A stretch of DNA of 64,000 nucleotides from Acidimicrobiia bacterium (GTDB taxonomy: Bacteria; Actinomycetota; Acidimicrobiia; IMCC26256; DASPTH01), in the NCBI GenBank assembly GCA_036502765.1, contig DASXXX010000031.1, forward strand, positions 56,696 to 120,695. The letters are read 5' to 3'. The notes beneath the pieces were generated by a model. That model was not told where the DNA came from. It made no database searches and worked only from the letters and a program-made list of their open reading frames with translations. How positions within the stretch are numbered: position 1 is the first letter of the stretch; each line of letters starts with the position of its first letter. The position numbers and the translations under genes were made by a program. Shown here piece by piece: positions 17,394 to 26,710 of the stretch.

Positions 17394-18605
17394 TCAGGTC
17401 AGGCGCACCGGAAGTCGATTGAACGTGGCGACGATCGTCGAATCGCGTCGCTCGACCGGTCCCGTGAGCTCGATGCCGGACGCTCGCCGTGCGAGTTCCT
17501 CGATGAGGATGCGGACCTCGCGTCGTGCCAGGTGCGCACCCAGGCAGAAGTGCTCGGCGAACCCGAACGCGAGGTGACGAGTGATCGACGGCCGGTCGAT
17601 GTTCCACTGATCGGCGTCATCACCCCACTCCTCCTCGTCCCGATTGCCGGATCCGTACGCGAGGAGCACCGCCTCACCGCTGCGAATGGTCTTGCCGCGC
17701 AACTCGACGTCTTCCTTCGCCTGGCGCGCCATGCTCACAACTGGCGTCCACCACCGCAGGGTCTCCTCGACTGCGGCAGCCGCGAGGCTGGGGTCGGCGA
17801 GAATGCGCTGCGCCTGATCGGGGTGCTGCGTCAATGCCCACACGAGCCCGGCGATGAGACTCTGAGTGGTCTCGCTCCCCGCGGCGAGCAGCGCGATCGC
17901 CCACCACACGACCTCGATGGGCGTGAGGGGCCGCCCGTACACCGTCGCTTCCGCGATGAGGGTGAGGAAGTCGTGGTCGGGTACTGCTCGGCGCTGCTCG
18001 AGGAGGTCCTCGAGGTAGGGAACGACCTCGGCGTACACCGCGGCCATGGTCTCCTGGGTCTCGGTGCCTCCACCTGATGCAGTGATCAGCGTTGCCCAGT
18101 GCAAGATCCGGCGCCAGTCCTTGCGCGGGACACCCAGCAGATTGGCGAACACGTTGACGGGGATGGGCTCGGCGAGGAGTTCGACGGCATCGAAGTTGCC
18201 GGCGGGGAGCGAATCGAGGGTCTCGCGGATCACGTCGCGCACCGGACCGTCGATCTCGTTGACGCGTGCAGGAGTGAGCTCCCGATTCAGCACCTTGCGG
18301 TGCTCGAGATGGTCGGGCGGATCCAGCAACATCAAAGATGTCCGCGGAGGACGCTCCATGCCTTCGCGGATCTTGATGATGTCACCCAGGATCGCGATCT
18401 CCGACGAAGGGAACAGCTCCGGGTGCTTCGAGACGAAGCGGATGTCCTCGTACTTCGTGATCACCCAGAACGGCCCGTCCTCGTACCAGTGCACCGGATC
18501 GTGCTGCCGGAGGTACGCGAATTGCTCGTTCGGAGCGTCGACGTAGAACTCGGCGCGGTCGTAGCGCGCCACCACCTCATCAGGTGAGACCGGTGTTGTG
18601 GGCAC
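17394..18605 (-). CDS. Cytochrome P450 (paralog of 14496..15710)
   Basis: FGFAEHFCLGAHLAR and LLAAGSETT. The N-terminal YDRAEFYVDAPNEQFAYLRQHDPVHWYEDGPFWVITKYEDI parallels the paralog. The start is set to GTG 18605, preceded by GGGGGA; alternatives are 18584 and 18581. Confidence 0.85.
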   Translation of the reverse strand: MPTTPVSPDEVVARYDRAEFYVDAPNEQFAYLRQHDPVHWYEDGPFWVITKYEDIRFVSKHPELFPSSEIAILGDIIKIREGMERPPRTSLMLLDPPDHLEHRKVLNRELTPARVNEIDGPVRDVIRETLDSLPAGNFDAVELLAEPIPVNVFANLLGVPRKDWRRILHWATLITASGGGTETQETMAAVYAEVVPYLEDLLEQRRAVPDHDFLTLIAEATVYGRPLTPIEVVWWAIALLAAGSETTQSLIAGLVWALTQHPDQAQRILADPSLAAAAVEETLRWWTPVVSMARQAKEDVELRGKTIRSGEAVLLAYGSGNRDEEEWGDDADQWNIDRPSITRHLAFGFAEHFCLGAHLARREVRILIEELARRASGIELTGPVERRDSTIVATFNRLPVRLT

Positions 18606-18768
18606 GGGATCCCCCGGGATCGTCGCCGCATGGACGGTAACACAGCAAGTGCACAGTCGTATTGCCCCCACCGTGGTCCGAGGGCTCTCATCTGATTGCC
18701 GGCGTTCCCCGAGGACGACCGTCCACGACGCTACGGTGACGACCGGCCGACGGCATGGGACGGAAGTG

Positions 18769-19392
18769 ATGGCGGCACGAGGATCAGTGGACGAAGACTC
18801 GACCCGCACGCGGATCCTCGATGCGGCGCTGCAGTGCTTCAAACAGCTGGGCATCGAGAAGACGAGCCTGCTCGACGTTGCCCGCACGGCCGATCTCTCA
18901 CGAGGAACCGTGTACCGGTACTTCTCCGATCGGCAAGCGCTCATCGACGCCACGGTGATCCACAACAGCGAGAACGACTACGCCGAGGCTCTGACCGTGA
19001 TGAGCTCCTACCCGACACTGGTCGAACAGGTCGGTGCGTTCGGTGAGGTCTTCGCCCGGAACATCGGCAACTACCGCCGGAACTGGTTGGTCAACGACGA
19101 CCGTGAGCTCCAACGCCTGATCGCCTCTGACCGTGAGGGCGGCCTGCGCCGGATGTCGGACTTCCTCGCACCGTACGTGGAGGCGAGCAAGCAGCGCGGA
19201 GAGATCAGCCCAGAGATCGACGCGGAGGAAGCGGGCGAATGGATCGCCCGGATGTTCATGTCGTTGACCCTCATGCCGGGCTCATCCGCGTTCGATGCCC
19301 GCAAGCCGAAGACGTTCCGTGTGTTCCTGGAGCACTACGTGGTCGACGGCCTCGCCCCGCCCCGCAAGCGGGCAAAACGCGCCAAGCGCTAG
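18769..19392 (+). CDS. TetR-family transcriptional regulator (paralog 1)
   Basis: HTH region TRILDAALQCFKQLGIEKTSLLDVARTADLSRGTVYRYFSDRQALI. It is divergent from the P450 at 18605 and collinear with the TetR at 56198. Confidence 0.9.
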   Translation: MAARGSVDEDSTRTRILDAALQCFKQLGIEKTSLLDVARTADLSRGTVYRYFSDRQALIDATVIHNSENDYAEALTVMSSYPTLVEQVGAFGEVFARNIGNYRRNWLVNDDRELQRLIASDREGGLRRMSDFLAPYVEASKQRGEISPEIDAEEAGEWIARMFMSLTLMPGSSAFDARKPKTFRVFLEHYVVDGLAPPRKRAKRAKR

Positions 19393-19406
19393 CCGGCGAC
19401 GGGGAC

Positions 19407-20591
19407 TCAGCCCGTCGGTTCGAGGATGATGGGCAGACTGGCGAGACCGCGCACGTTGCTGCTGTACGCGCGGACCACCGGCGACGTGATCTCGTAGCGG
19501 GGGAACCGACACAGCAATTCTTCGAAGGCTACGCGGGTTTCCAGCCGGGCGAGCGCGGCACCGATGCAGAGGTGCGATCCGAATCCGAATCCGACGTGGC
19601 GCTCGACCGTCCGATGGAGATCGAAGAGCTCGGGATCGTCGAAGACCCGTTCGTCGTGCTGGGCCGCGCCGGTGACGAGCACGACGCGGGAGTTGGCAGG
19701 GATCGTGACGCCGTGGAGGGTGACGTCCTCTTCCACCCATCGGCCCTGAAAGTGTGAAGGCGGATCCCACCGCAGCATCTCTTCGACGGCCTGTCCGGTC
19801 AGCCCCGGATCTTCCGCGAGCTCTCGCCGTTGGTCGGGATACCAACTCAGTGCGACGATTCCGTTGGCGATGAGCTTGGCGGTGGTCTCGTGCCCCGCGA
19901 ACGCAAGCTCGAGGAGCCGGATCGCCACCTGTTCGTGGGTGAGCGACCACTGTCGCCCTTCGTCGTCGGTGACGCGGGCCTCGAGCAACATGCTGGCGAT
20001 GTCGTCGCCGGGATGCTTGACGATGTCGGTGACCACGTCGAGGAGGAGCATGGTCATCTCCTGGGACGCGGCGATCGCGTCGGCCGGGGTTTCGGCGACG
20101 CCGTCGTCAGGCCGCGCGAGAGCTCGGTCGGACAGCTTGCGCAACTGGGTGCGAACTTCGATCGGCACTCCGAGCATCTCGGCGATGATCGCCATCGGAA
20201 GGTATCCGGAGAGCTCACCCACCACCTCGAGCTCGCCGCGCTCGCGGGCGTCCTCCAGTGCTTCGGCCGCGACGCGACGGACGGCCGGTTCGAGGTCGGC
20301 GATCGCGCGGGGTGTGAACACGCGCGACACGAGTTTGCGATGCCAGTTGTGCTCGGGATCGTCCTTCGTGATGAGCAGGTCAGCGCTGGCGGAGCCGGAG
20401 TCCTCGATGGTCACGCCATGGGACGACAAGAACGTCTTGGTGTCGAGATGCGCCTGGAGCACGTCGTCAAACCGCGAGATCGCGTAGAAGTCGACGTCCG
20501 GGTTGTGGTACACGGGGGCGTCGTCACGCAGCCATCGGTACACCGGGTACGGATTGATCTGAGTGTCGTGGGCGAACGGGTTGTATGCCAT
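19407..20591 (-). CDS. Cytochrome P450
   Basis: FGFGSHLCIGAALARLE heme motif and AFAGHETT I-helix. Start set to ATG 20591 (MAYNPFAHD), with AGGA 9-12 nt upstream. Confidence 0.9.
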   Translation of the reverse strand: MAYNPFAHDTQINPYPVYRWLRDDAPVYHNPDVDFYAISRFDDVLQAHLDTKTFLSSHGVTIEDSGSASADLLITKDDPEHNWHRKLVSRVFTPRAIADLEPAVRRVAAEALEDARERGELEVVGELSGYLPMAIIAEMLGVPIEVRTQLRKLSDRALARPDDGVAETPADAIAASQEMTMLLLDVVTDIVKHPGDDIASMLLEARVTDDEGRQWSLTHEQVAIRLLELAFAGHETTAKLIANGIVALSWYPDQRRELAEDPGLTGQAVEEMLRWDPPSHFQGRWVEEDVTLHGVTIPANSRVVLVTGAAQHDERVFDDPELFDLHRTVERHVGFGFGSHLCIGAALARLETRVAFEELLCRFPRYEITSPVVRAYSSNVRGLASLPIILEPTG

Positions 20592-20602
20592 GGCCGTGGT
20601 CC

Positions 20603-21361
20603 TCATGGTGTGGGCTGACCTGCGAGCACCTCGGTGGATTGGTCGCCGAGGTGCATGATCACCACCTCGCCGTTCGGAGCGTCGTCGGACACGAGTGGGA
20701 GCGCCGCCTCGGCGCACTCCTCGATCGTGGGGAGGCCGCGTGCGACGAGGTCATCGAGCATCCGGGGCGTCACCTGCGAGCGGACGAGGTCGGTGAGCGC
20801 CACGGGCGCGAACGCATTGACGCAGATCCCCGAACGCGCCAGTTCGAGGGCGAGGGTGAGCGAGAACGCGACCAGGGCACCCTTCGAGGCGGAGTACGCG
20901 GAAAAGCCTGCGCTGCCACGCACACCAGCTTCGGACGTGACGTTGAGGATCCGACCCCACCCGTTTCGTTGCATGTCGGGGACGGTCTCTCGCAACACAT
21001 TGCGGGGCGCCAACAGGTTCACGGCGAGGAGACGATTCCATTCTTCGTCGGAGCTGTCGAGGAAGAAGTTCCGGGTGGACGTCCCGGCGTTGTTCACGAC
21101 GATGTCGATCGGTCCCAGCCGGGCCCGGGTGTGCGCACAGAGAGCAGCAACCGCGTGGGGATCCGAGATCTCGCCGGCAACGCCGATGGCTCCCGAGATG
21201 TCTCGGGCTGCCGCGTCGGCGGCACGTCCGTCGCGTCCGTGGACGGCGACTCGTGCACCCTGCGCCGCGAGGCACCGCGCGATCGCGTTCCCGATCCCAC
21301 GCGTCGATCCGGTCACGAGAGCGACCCGTCCTCCGATGCTGCCCAGGCCCGACGCGCTCAT
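20603..21361 (-). CDS. Short-chain dehydrogenase/reductase (SDR)
   Basis: VALVTGSTRGIGNAIA and YSASKGAL. ATG 21361 forms an ATGA overlap with the upstream ATPase stop. Confidence 0.85.
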   Translation of the reverse strand: MSASGLGSIGGRVALVTGSTRGIGNAIARCLAAQGARVAVHGRDGRAADAAARDISGAIGVAGEISDPHAVAALCAHTRARLGPIDIVVNNAGTSTRNFFLDSSDEEWNRLLAVNLLAPRNVLRETVPDMQRNGWGRILNVTSEAGVRGSAGFSAYSASKGALVAFSLTLALELARSGICVNAFAPVALTDLVRSQVTPRMLDDLVARGLPTIEECAEAALPLVSDDAPNGEVVIMHLGDQSTEVLAGQPTP

Positions 21362-22206
21362 CGTTGCGACGCGGGCGCGGGTGCGGGTGTGTCGACGGGA
21401 TCGACCTCGCCCTCGCCGAGGTAGGCGTCGCGCACCTGCTGGTTCTGCTGGATCTCCTCGGGGAGGCCGGAAGCGAGTACCGATCCGAGGTCGAGCACGA
21501 CGATCCGGTCGCTGTGCTCCATGACGAAGCCGGCGTTGTGCTCGACCAGCAGGACCGCGCAGCCGGTTTCTCCGCGCACGGCTTCGATCTGTGCGCCGAG
21601 TCGCTCGATCTCGGTTTCGTCGAGGCCCGAGGCGGGTTCGTCGAGCAGGAGGACCTTCGGAGGATCCGCGATCGCACGCGCGAACTCGACCATGCGAGCG
21701 ACTCCGATGGGCAGGGAGCCGGCGAGCTCGTGTCGGAGGGGGAGAAGGCCGCAACGGTCCATCACCTCCTCGACTCGTTCGCGGCGGGCGCGCTCGCGGC
21801 GGTGTCGCGTCGGGAAGGTGACCAGGTCGGCGAGGAAGCCACCGCCACCGCCTCGCCATTCCAAAGCGGTGAGCACGTTGTCCTCGACCGAGAGCCACCC
21901 GAATGTCTGCACTCGTTGAAAGGTGCGACGCAATCCGCGACGGGCACGTCCAGCTGGCGCGCGCCGCGTGACGTCGGAGCCGTCGAGCACGACACGGCCC
22001 TGGTTCGGTGAACGGACCCCGGAGATCACGTCGAACAGGGTCGTCTTGCCTGCACCGTTCGGGCCGATGATTCCGAGGACCTCGCCGGGCGCGGCGTCGA
22101 AGCTCACGTCACCCAACGCGACGATGCCGCCGAACCTCACCGTGATCCCCTGGAGCTGGATCCTCGGATCGGCCCGTTCGTCGGCGTGCAGTTCGTCGGA
22201 CACGAC
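21358..22206 (-). CDS. ABC transporter ATP-binding protein, LivG-like, stand-alone
   Basis: LQGITVRFGGIVALGDVSFDAAPGEVLGIIGPNGAGKTTLFDVISG (Walker A), plus LLLDEPASGLD. Start set to GTG 22206, preceded by GGGGGG. Confidence 0.85.
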   Translation of the reverse strand, partial: VVSDELHADERADPRIQLQGITVRFGGIVALGDVSFDAAPGEVLGIIGPNGAGKTTLFDVISGVRSPNQGRVVLDGSDVTRRAPAGRARRGLRRTFQRVQTFGWLSVEDNVLTALEWRGGGGGFLADLVTFPTRHRRERARRERVEEVMDRCGLLPLRHELAGSLPIGVARMVEFARAIADPPKVLLLDEPASGLDETEIERLGAQIEAVRGETGCAVLLVEHNAGFVMEHSDRIVVLDLGSVLASGLPEEIQQNQQVRDAYLGEGEVDPVDTPAPAPASQR

Positions 22207-22300
22207 GCAGACCCCCCACGTGAAAGCGACTCGGCGTCGGCCAGCGAGCGCCGCGATCGATCGTAGCCGCTGAACGTGCAGAGCGACAGATGATGTCCTA

Positions 22301-24556
22301 TTGTTCCGTCCGATGGGGCCGACACCTTTTCTCTCCGGCCTGTCCGTGCTCGAGTTCGGCGACGGCGTCGCGGGGGCGGTCGCCGCCGGCACGCTCGCAC
22401 TGCTCGGGGCCGACGTCACCAAGGCGATCGAAGATCCACCCCGGCTCGCCCGCCACCAGCCGATGTTGGATCACGTCGGCGTTCCGCCCTGGCCCTTGCT
22501 GCCGTCGGTGCTCGACCGTTCGAAGCGACTCGTCGCGGCCGACGATCCGCGAGTGCACAACCTCTCGATCACCGCCGACATCGTCATCGACGACCGTGTC
22601 GACGGCATCGACGACGCCGAGACGTATCTCCGGCGAGTCGGCGAACGCAACCTGTCGGTCTGGCTCACGATCTCGCCGTTCGGCCTGAGTGGTCCTCGAA
22701 CTGCACGTCGAGGAGGTGAGCTGATCGCGCAGGCGGCGGGTGGTCTCCTTTCGACCATCGAACCCGTCGGTGGCGGGCGCCCGACGTCGCCGCCAGGGTT
22801 CGTCGCATTGCGCGCCGTCGGCCATGTTGCCGCGTTGGCGGCACTCCACGGGATCGACCGGTTCCGTGGCGACGGCTGCCCAACGCACGTCGATGTGTCT
22901 GCACAAGAAGCGGTGGTCTTCACGGGCGCGCTCCCGGAGTGCGCACACCTCTTGTTCCGGTGTCCCGGGCGCGCCGGGAGCGGACGGTACGTCGCGCCGT
23001 CGGGTCTCTTCCCATGTCGCGACGGACTGGTGCGCATTGCCGCCATCGAGGACCACCAGTGGAAGGGCATGGTCGCATGCCTCGGCACTCCCACCTGGAC
23101 CGAGGGCCTCGAGACCCGCCCGGCCCGAGCCGAGCACGCCGCGATGATCACCGAGCGGGTTGGCGAATGGAGCGCGCAGCAACGCAAGGCCGAATGCGCG
23201 GATCTCCTCCAGCGCAACGGTGTGCCGTCGACGCCGGTGAACGGTCCTGACGAACTGCTGACTTCGACGCAGTTCCAGAGCCGCGGGTTCCTGGTGCAAA
23301 CCGACGTCGACGGCGTGCGCGCGACGGTTCCCGGAGCGCCGTGGGTCGTGACGACGGTGGACCCCGCCCGTCGGGTGGGGCCGGCATCGCAGACTCCCGT
23401 GCCGCCACGGCTGGCGGGCCTCCGTGTGACCGAGCTCACGCACGTGCTCGCCGGTCCCATCGTCGGCTCCCTGCTCGGCGCGATGGGCGCCGACGTCGTT
23501 CGCCTCGAAGACGAACGTCGCCTCGACATCTACCGTCGAACCGGACCCTTCGCCGAAGGAGTCGCCGGCGTCGAACGAGGTGCCTACTTCGCGGCCGCGA
23601 ACTTCTCGAAGCGCAGCGTCGTGGCGGGCGCCGAAGAGATGGACGCCGCCGTCGCGCTCCTCCTGGACCGCACCGACGTCGTCATCGAGAACATCGGCCG
23701 TTCCCGCCTCGAGCGACTCGGTGTGCTCCCGGAGAAGGTGACGCACGAACACGACGCCCTGTTCCTGCACGTCTCCGGGTTCGGTACCGATGGACCCCTC
23801 GCCGAGTACCGCGTCTACGCGAACAACGTGCAGGCGTACGGAGGTCTCGCTCACCTCACCCGGGATGCACAGGGCGAGCCGGCACACCTGGCGACGGTGC
23901 TGGCCGACCCGCTCTCTTCGGTCGTGGCGGCAACGGCCGTCGCGGCGTGGGCGCTCGGACCTCAACGGGGTACGGGCGTCGACGTCGACCTGTCGATGGC
24001 CGAAGTGGTCGCGAGTCTGCTCGGCGAGTTCGTCGCCGAAGCATCCGCCAGCCGGAGTGTCACGGTGCCACTCGGAAACACGCTCGCACCGTTCTCGCCC
24101 CACGGTGTCTTCGCGTCTCGTGACGAGCGTTGGTTCGCGGTGGCGGTGCAGGCGGACGACGAATGGCGTCGCCTCGTCGACGCCCTCGACCACCCACCCG
24201 AGTTGACCGAGTCCAGATGGAATCGCGAGCCCGAACGATGGCGCGAACGCGACGTGATCGAGCGATGTCTGGCCGACGTGATCGCTCGATGGGACGCCGA
24301 CGCGCTCGACGAGGTGCTTGCCGCGGCCGAGGTGCGCGCGGCGGCGGTGCATCGTGCAGTCGACCTCCTCGCCGACGACCATCTCCGCGACCGGGGCTTC
24401 TTCCCGGCGTTCGCCCATCCCGACCCGGATCTGCACGATGCCCGCCTCGTCGGCATGCCGTGGCGCCTGGTGGGGGAGGGTCCTCTTGCGCAGGGCGCGC
24501 CTCCGCATCTTGGCGACGCCAACGCCGACTTCGACGTGAACGGGATGAGACGGTGA
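22301..24556 (+). CDS. Tandem two-domain family III (CaiB/BaiF) CoA-transferase fusion
   Basis: 751-aa ORF with two complete N-terminal signatures. The first is LSGLSVLEFGDGVAGAVAAGTLALLGADV (aa ~11). The second is LAGLRVTELTHVLAGPIVGSLLGAMGADVVRLE (aa ~371, nt ~23410). An alternative start exists at ATG 22313. Confidence 0.85.
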   Translation: MFRPMGPTPFLSGLSVLEFGDGVAGAVAAGTLALLGADVTKAIEDPPRLARHQPMLDHVGVPPWPLLPSVLDRSKRLVAADDPRVHNLSITADIVIDDRVDGIDDAETYLRRVGERNLSVWLTISPFGLSGPRTARRGGELIAQAAGGLLSTIEPVGGGRPTSPPGFVALRAVGHVAALAALHGIDRFRGDGCPTHVDVSAQEAVVFTGALPECAHLLFRCPGRAGSGRYVAPSGLFPCRDGLVRIAAIEDHQWKGMVACLGTPTWTEGLETRPARAEHAAMITERVGEWSAQQRKAECADLLQRNGVPSTPVNGPDELLTSTQFQSRGFLVQTDVDGVRATVPGAPWVVTTVDPARRVGPASQTPVPPRLAGLRVTELTHVLAGPIVGSLLGAMGADVVRLEDERRLDIYRRTGPFAEGVAGVERGAYFAAANFSKRSVVAGAEEMDAAVALLLDRTDVVIENIGRSRLERLGVLPEKVTHEHDALFLHVSGFGTDGPLAEYRVYANNVQAYGGLAHLTRDAQGEPAHLATVLADPLSSVVAATAVAAWALGPQRGTGVDVDLSMAEVVASLLGEFVAEASASRSVTVPLGNTLAPFSPHGVFASRDERWFAVAVQADDEWRRLVDALDHPPELTESRWNREPERWRERDVIERCLADVIARWDADALDEVLAAAEVRAAAVHRAVDLLADDHLRDRGFFPAFAHPDPDLHDARLVGMPWRLVGEGPLAQGAPPHLGDANADFDVNGMRR

Positions 24557-24813
24557 CGGCCACGAGACTTGACGATGTTGCCGCCGAGATGTGGGCCGCA
24601 ACGTGGATCTCGGGACCATGCCCGGTCGAAGGCTTCGGGAATGACGACGGCTACGCCGTGGCGTGGGTCCAGGTGGATGACGGACCGCGACTCCAGGCGC
24701 TCGTCGCCGGCGCGAACGCTCCTGCGCCCGGAACGCGCGGCTGGGTGAACCGCCACCTCGTCGGCGACGAATCCATCGACGTCTTCAGCGCGCGGGTTGG
24801 AACGTCGGAGTGA
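24553..24813 (+). CDS. Short DUF35-like OB-fold protein lacking the zinc-ribbon half
   Basis: 86 aa read from a GTG overlapping the upstream stop (GTGA). The segment GYAVAWVQVDDGPRLQALVAG...GTRGWV resembles the C-terminal OB-fold of DUF35 proteins. There is no CxxC. Its stop overlaps the start of the next thiolase-like gene. Confidence 0.55.
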   Translation: MTATRLDDVAAEMWAATWISGPCPVEGFGNDDGYAVAWVQVDDGPRLQALVAGANAPAPGTRGWVNRHLVGDESIDVFSARVGTSE

Positions 24814-25937
24814 TGTCAGCATGGGTCATCGGTGCCGGGATGCTGCCGTGCGGCAGGCACTCCGACACGCCGCTCCACGAGCTCGGTGCCGAGGCAGCAC
24901 GCCTCGCACTCGACGACGCGGGACTTCCGTACGACCAGGTCGGCGAGGTGTTCACGTCGTCGATGCTCGCACCGCCACAGACCGCTCTCCGGGTTGCCCA
25001 CTCGCTCGGTCGCACGGGAGTCCCCGTGACCGCGATCGAGAGTGCCTCGGCCGGAGGACTGGTGGCATTGCGTCATGCTGCGTGGGCGGTGTGGTCGGGC
25101 CGCTGCGAGACCGCGTTGGCCGTCGGGTACGAGAAGTCCACGATGCTCGAGCCGGGTGGTGTCGTCCCCAAGCCTCGAGACGTGTGGGACCTGTTCCCAC
25201 CGCAGCTCAGCTACGCGATCGACGCGACCCGGTTCCTGTACGAACAGGGACAGGGTCCAGAGCTGTTCGCCGCGGTCGCAGCGAAGTCATGGAACTGCGC
25301 GGCGCGCAACGAGCTCGCCGCACGGCGACCCGATCACGAGGTCACGATCGAGGAAGTGCTCGGGGCGAGGATGGTGGCGACGCCGCTCACTCGCATGATG
25401 TGTCACGCCTCCGTCGACGGTGCGGCCGCGGTCGTCGTGTCACGGGATGCCGTGCCGGAGGCAGTCGAACTGCTCGCCGTCGAGCAGACCAGCCTCGTGG
25501 AAGATGCGAGTTGGCCTCGCGTCGGACCGACCATCGGTCCGCCTTCGCAGACCGCTCGCACCGCGCGGCGGGCATTCGAGATCGCGGGCATCGCGCCGAG
25601 TGATGTCGGGATCGTCTCGTTGCACGACATGTGCGCCAGCGAGGAAGTGGTGACGCTGGTGGAGCTCGGGGTCTGCGACGCCGATGAGATCGCCGACCTC
25701 GTGTTCAGCGGTGGGCTCTCGGTCAAAGGTCGGTTGCCGACCAACGTCGACGGAGGGTGTCTCGCTCGCGGTCATCCGATGGGTGCGACTGCCTTGGCGC
25801 AGACCGTCGACGTCGTCCGGCAGCTCCGGGGCCGTGCGGCGGCGCGACAGGTCGCCGACGTGCACACCGGTGTCGTGCAGACGGTCGGCGGCGGTGGGTC
25901 CGCGGCGGTCGCGGTGTTGCGCCGCTCGGACGTGTGA
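24810..25937 (+). CDS. Thiolase-superfamily protein (SCP-x/Ltp-like), nucleophile Cys apparently absent
   Basis: 375 aa with a thiolase-like N-terminus WVIGAGMLPCGRH and VPVTAIESASAGGLVALRHA where thiolases carry ..C(A/S)(S/T)G. It is paired with the DUF35-like gene. Confidence 0.8.
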   Translation: MMSAWVIGAGMLPCGRHSDTPLHELGAEAARLALDDAGLPYDQVGEVFTSSMLAPPQTALRVAHSLGRTGVPVTAIESASAGGLVALRHAAWAVWSGRCETALAVGYEKSTMLEPGGVVPKPRDVWDLFPPQLSYAIDATRFLYEQGQGPELFAAVAAKSWNCAARNELAARRPDHEVTIEEVLGARMVATPLTRMMCHASVDGAAAVVVSRDAVPEAVELLAVEQTSLVEDASWPRVGPTIGPPSQTARTARRAFEIAGIAPSDVGIVSLHDMCASEEVVTLVELGVCDADEIADLVFSGGLSVKGRLPTNVDGGCLARGHPMGATALAQTVDVVRQLRGRAAARQVADVHTGVVQTVGGGGSAAVAVLRRSDV

Positions 25938-26710
25938 TCGTGGGATCAGCTGCTCGGGTCACGCTCGTCACCGGGGCGGGATCCGGCATGGGGCGCGCCC
26001 TGTGTGAACGGCTGGCGGCGCGAGGCGAGGCAGTCGTGGCTGTCGACATCGACGGTGCGAAGCTCGCGTGGACCGACGGATGGGCGGCGGTCGTCCCCCA
26101 CACCGCAGACGTCACCCATGAGGATGACAACGACGCGATGGTCGCGTTCGCGGTCGACCAGTTCGGTGGTCTCGACGCCGCCGCGCTGAACGCCGGGATC
26201 GATGTCGTCGGGACGGTCGACCAGCTGCCGATGGAGCGGTTCGATCGCGTGCTCGACGTCAATCTCCGCGGCGTGGTGCTGGGCATCCGATCGGTCATCC
26301 CGGCCCTGCGGGCCCGCGCCGGCGGTTCGATCGTGGTGACGTCGTCGATGGGTGGGTTGGTGGGGCAGGTCGGTCGGTCCGCGTACGGCGTCGCGAAGGC
26401 CGGCCTCGTGAACCTGGTGAAGACCGTTTCGCTCGAAGTCGGCCACGAGCGGATCAGGATCAACGCGGTGTGCCCGGGACCCATCCGCGACACGGACATG
26501 AGCGCGGGGTTCGACGTCCGCCATCCTGACCTGTACCGCGAGTTCGCCAACCGCACTGCACTCAAGCGCTTCGGCAGCGCCGAAGAGGTCGCAGCGGTCA
26601 TGGACTTCTTGCTGTCGCGCGCCGCGTCCTATGTCACCGGAGCCGCGGTCCCCGTCGACGGCGGAACGACTGCGGGTGCGGCATTGGATCAACCGCTGGG
26701 CAACCTCTGA
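25934..26710 (+). CDS. Short-chain dehydrogenase/reductase (SDR)
   Basis: VTLVTGAGSGMGRALC and YGVAKAGL. GTG 25934 overlaps the upstream stop. The 3' end overlaps the convergent ABC fusion gene by 22 bp. Confidence 0.85.
   Translation: MIVGSAARVTLVTGAGSGMGRALCERLAARGEAVVAVDIDGAKLAWTDGWAAVVPHTADVTHEDDNDAMVAFAVDQFGGLDAAALNAGIDVVGTVDQLPMERFDRVLDVNLRGVVLGIRSVIPALRARAGGSIVVTSSMGGLVGQVGRSAYGVAKAGLVNLVKTVSLEVGHERIRINAVCPGPIRDTDMSAGFDVRHPDLYREFANRTALKRFGSAEEVAAVMDFLLSRAASYVTGAAVPVDGGTTAGAALDQPLGNL

Noticed and set aside
19397-19417. Small hairpin CGACGGG-gactcag-CCCGTCG between the convergent TetR and P450 genes as a terminator
   Set aside because: It has only a 7-bp stem and overlaps the P450 stop codon. 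That is too weak to call as a feature.
22298-24619. 773-aa ORF antisense to the tandem CoA-transferase
   Set aside because: Its composition is Arg/His/Gly-rich and no domain signature is visible. The opposite strand carries two clear CoA-transferase domains.
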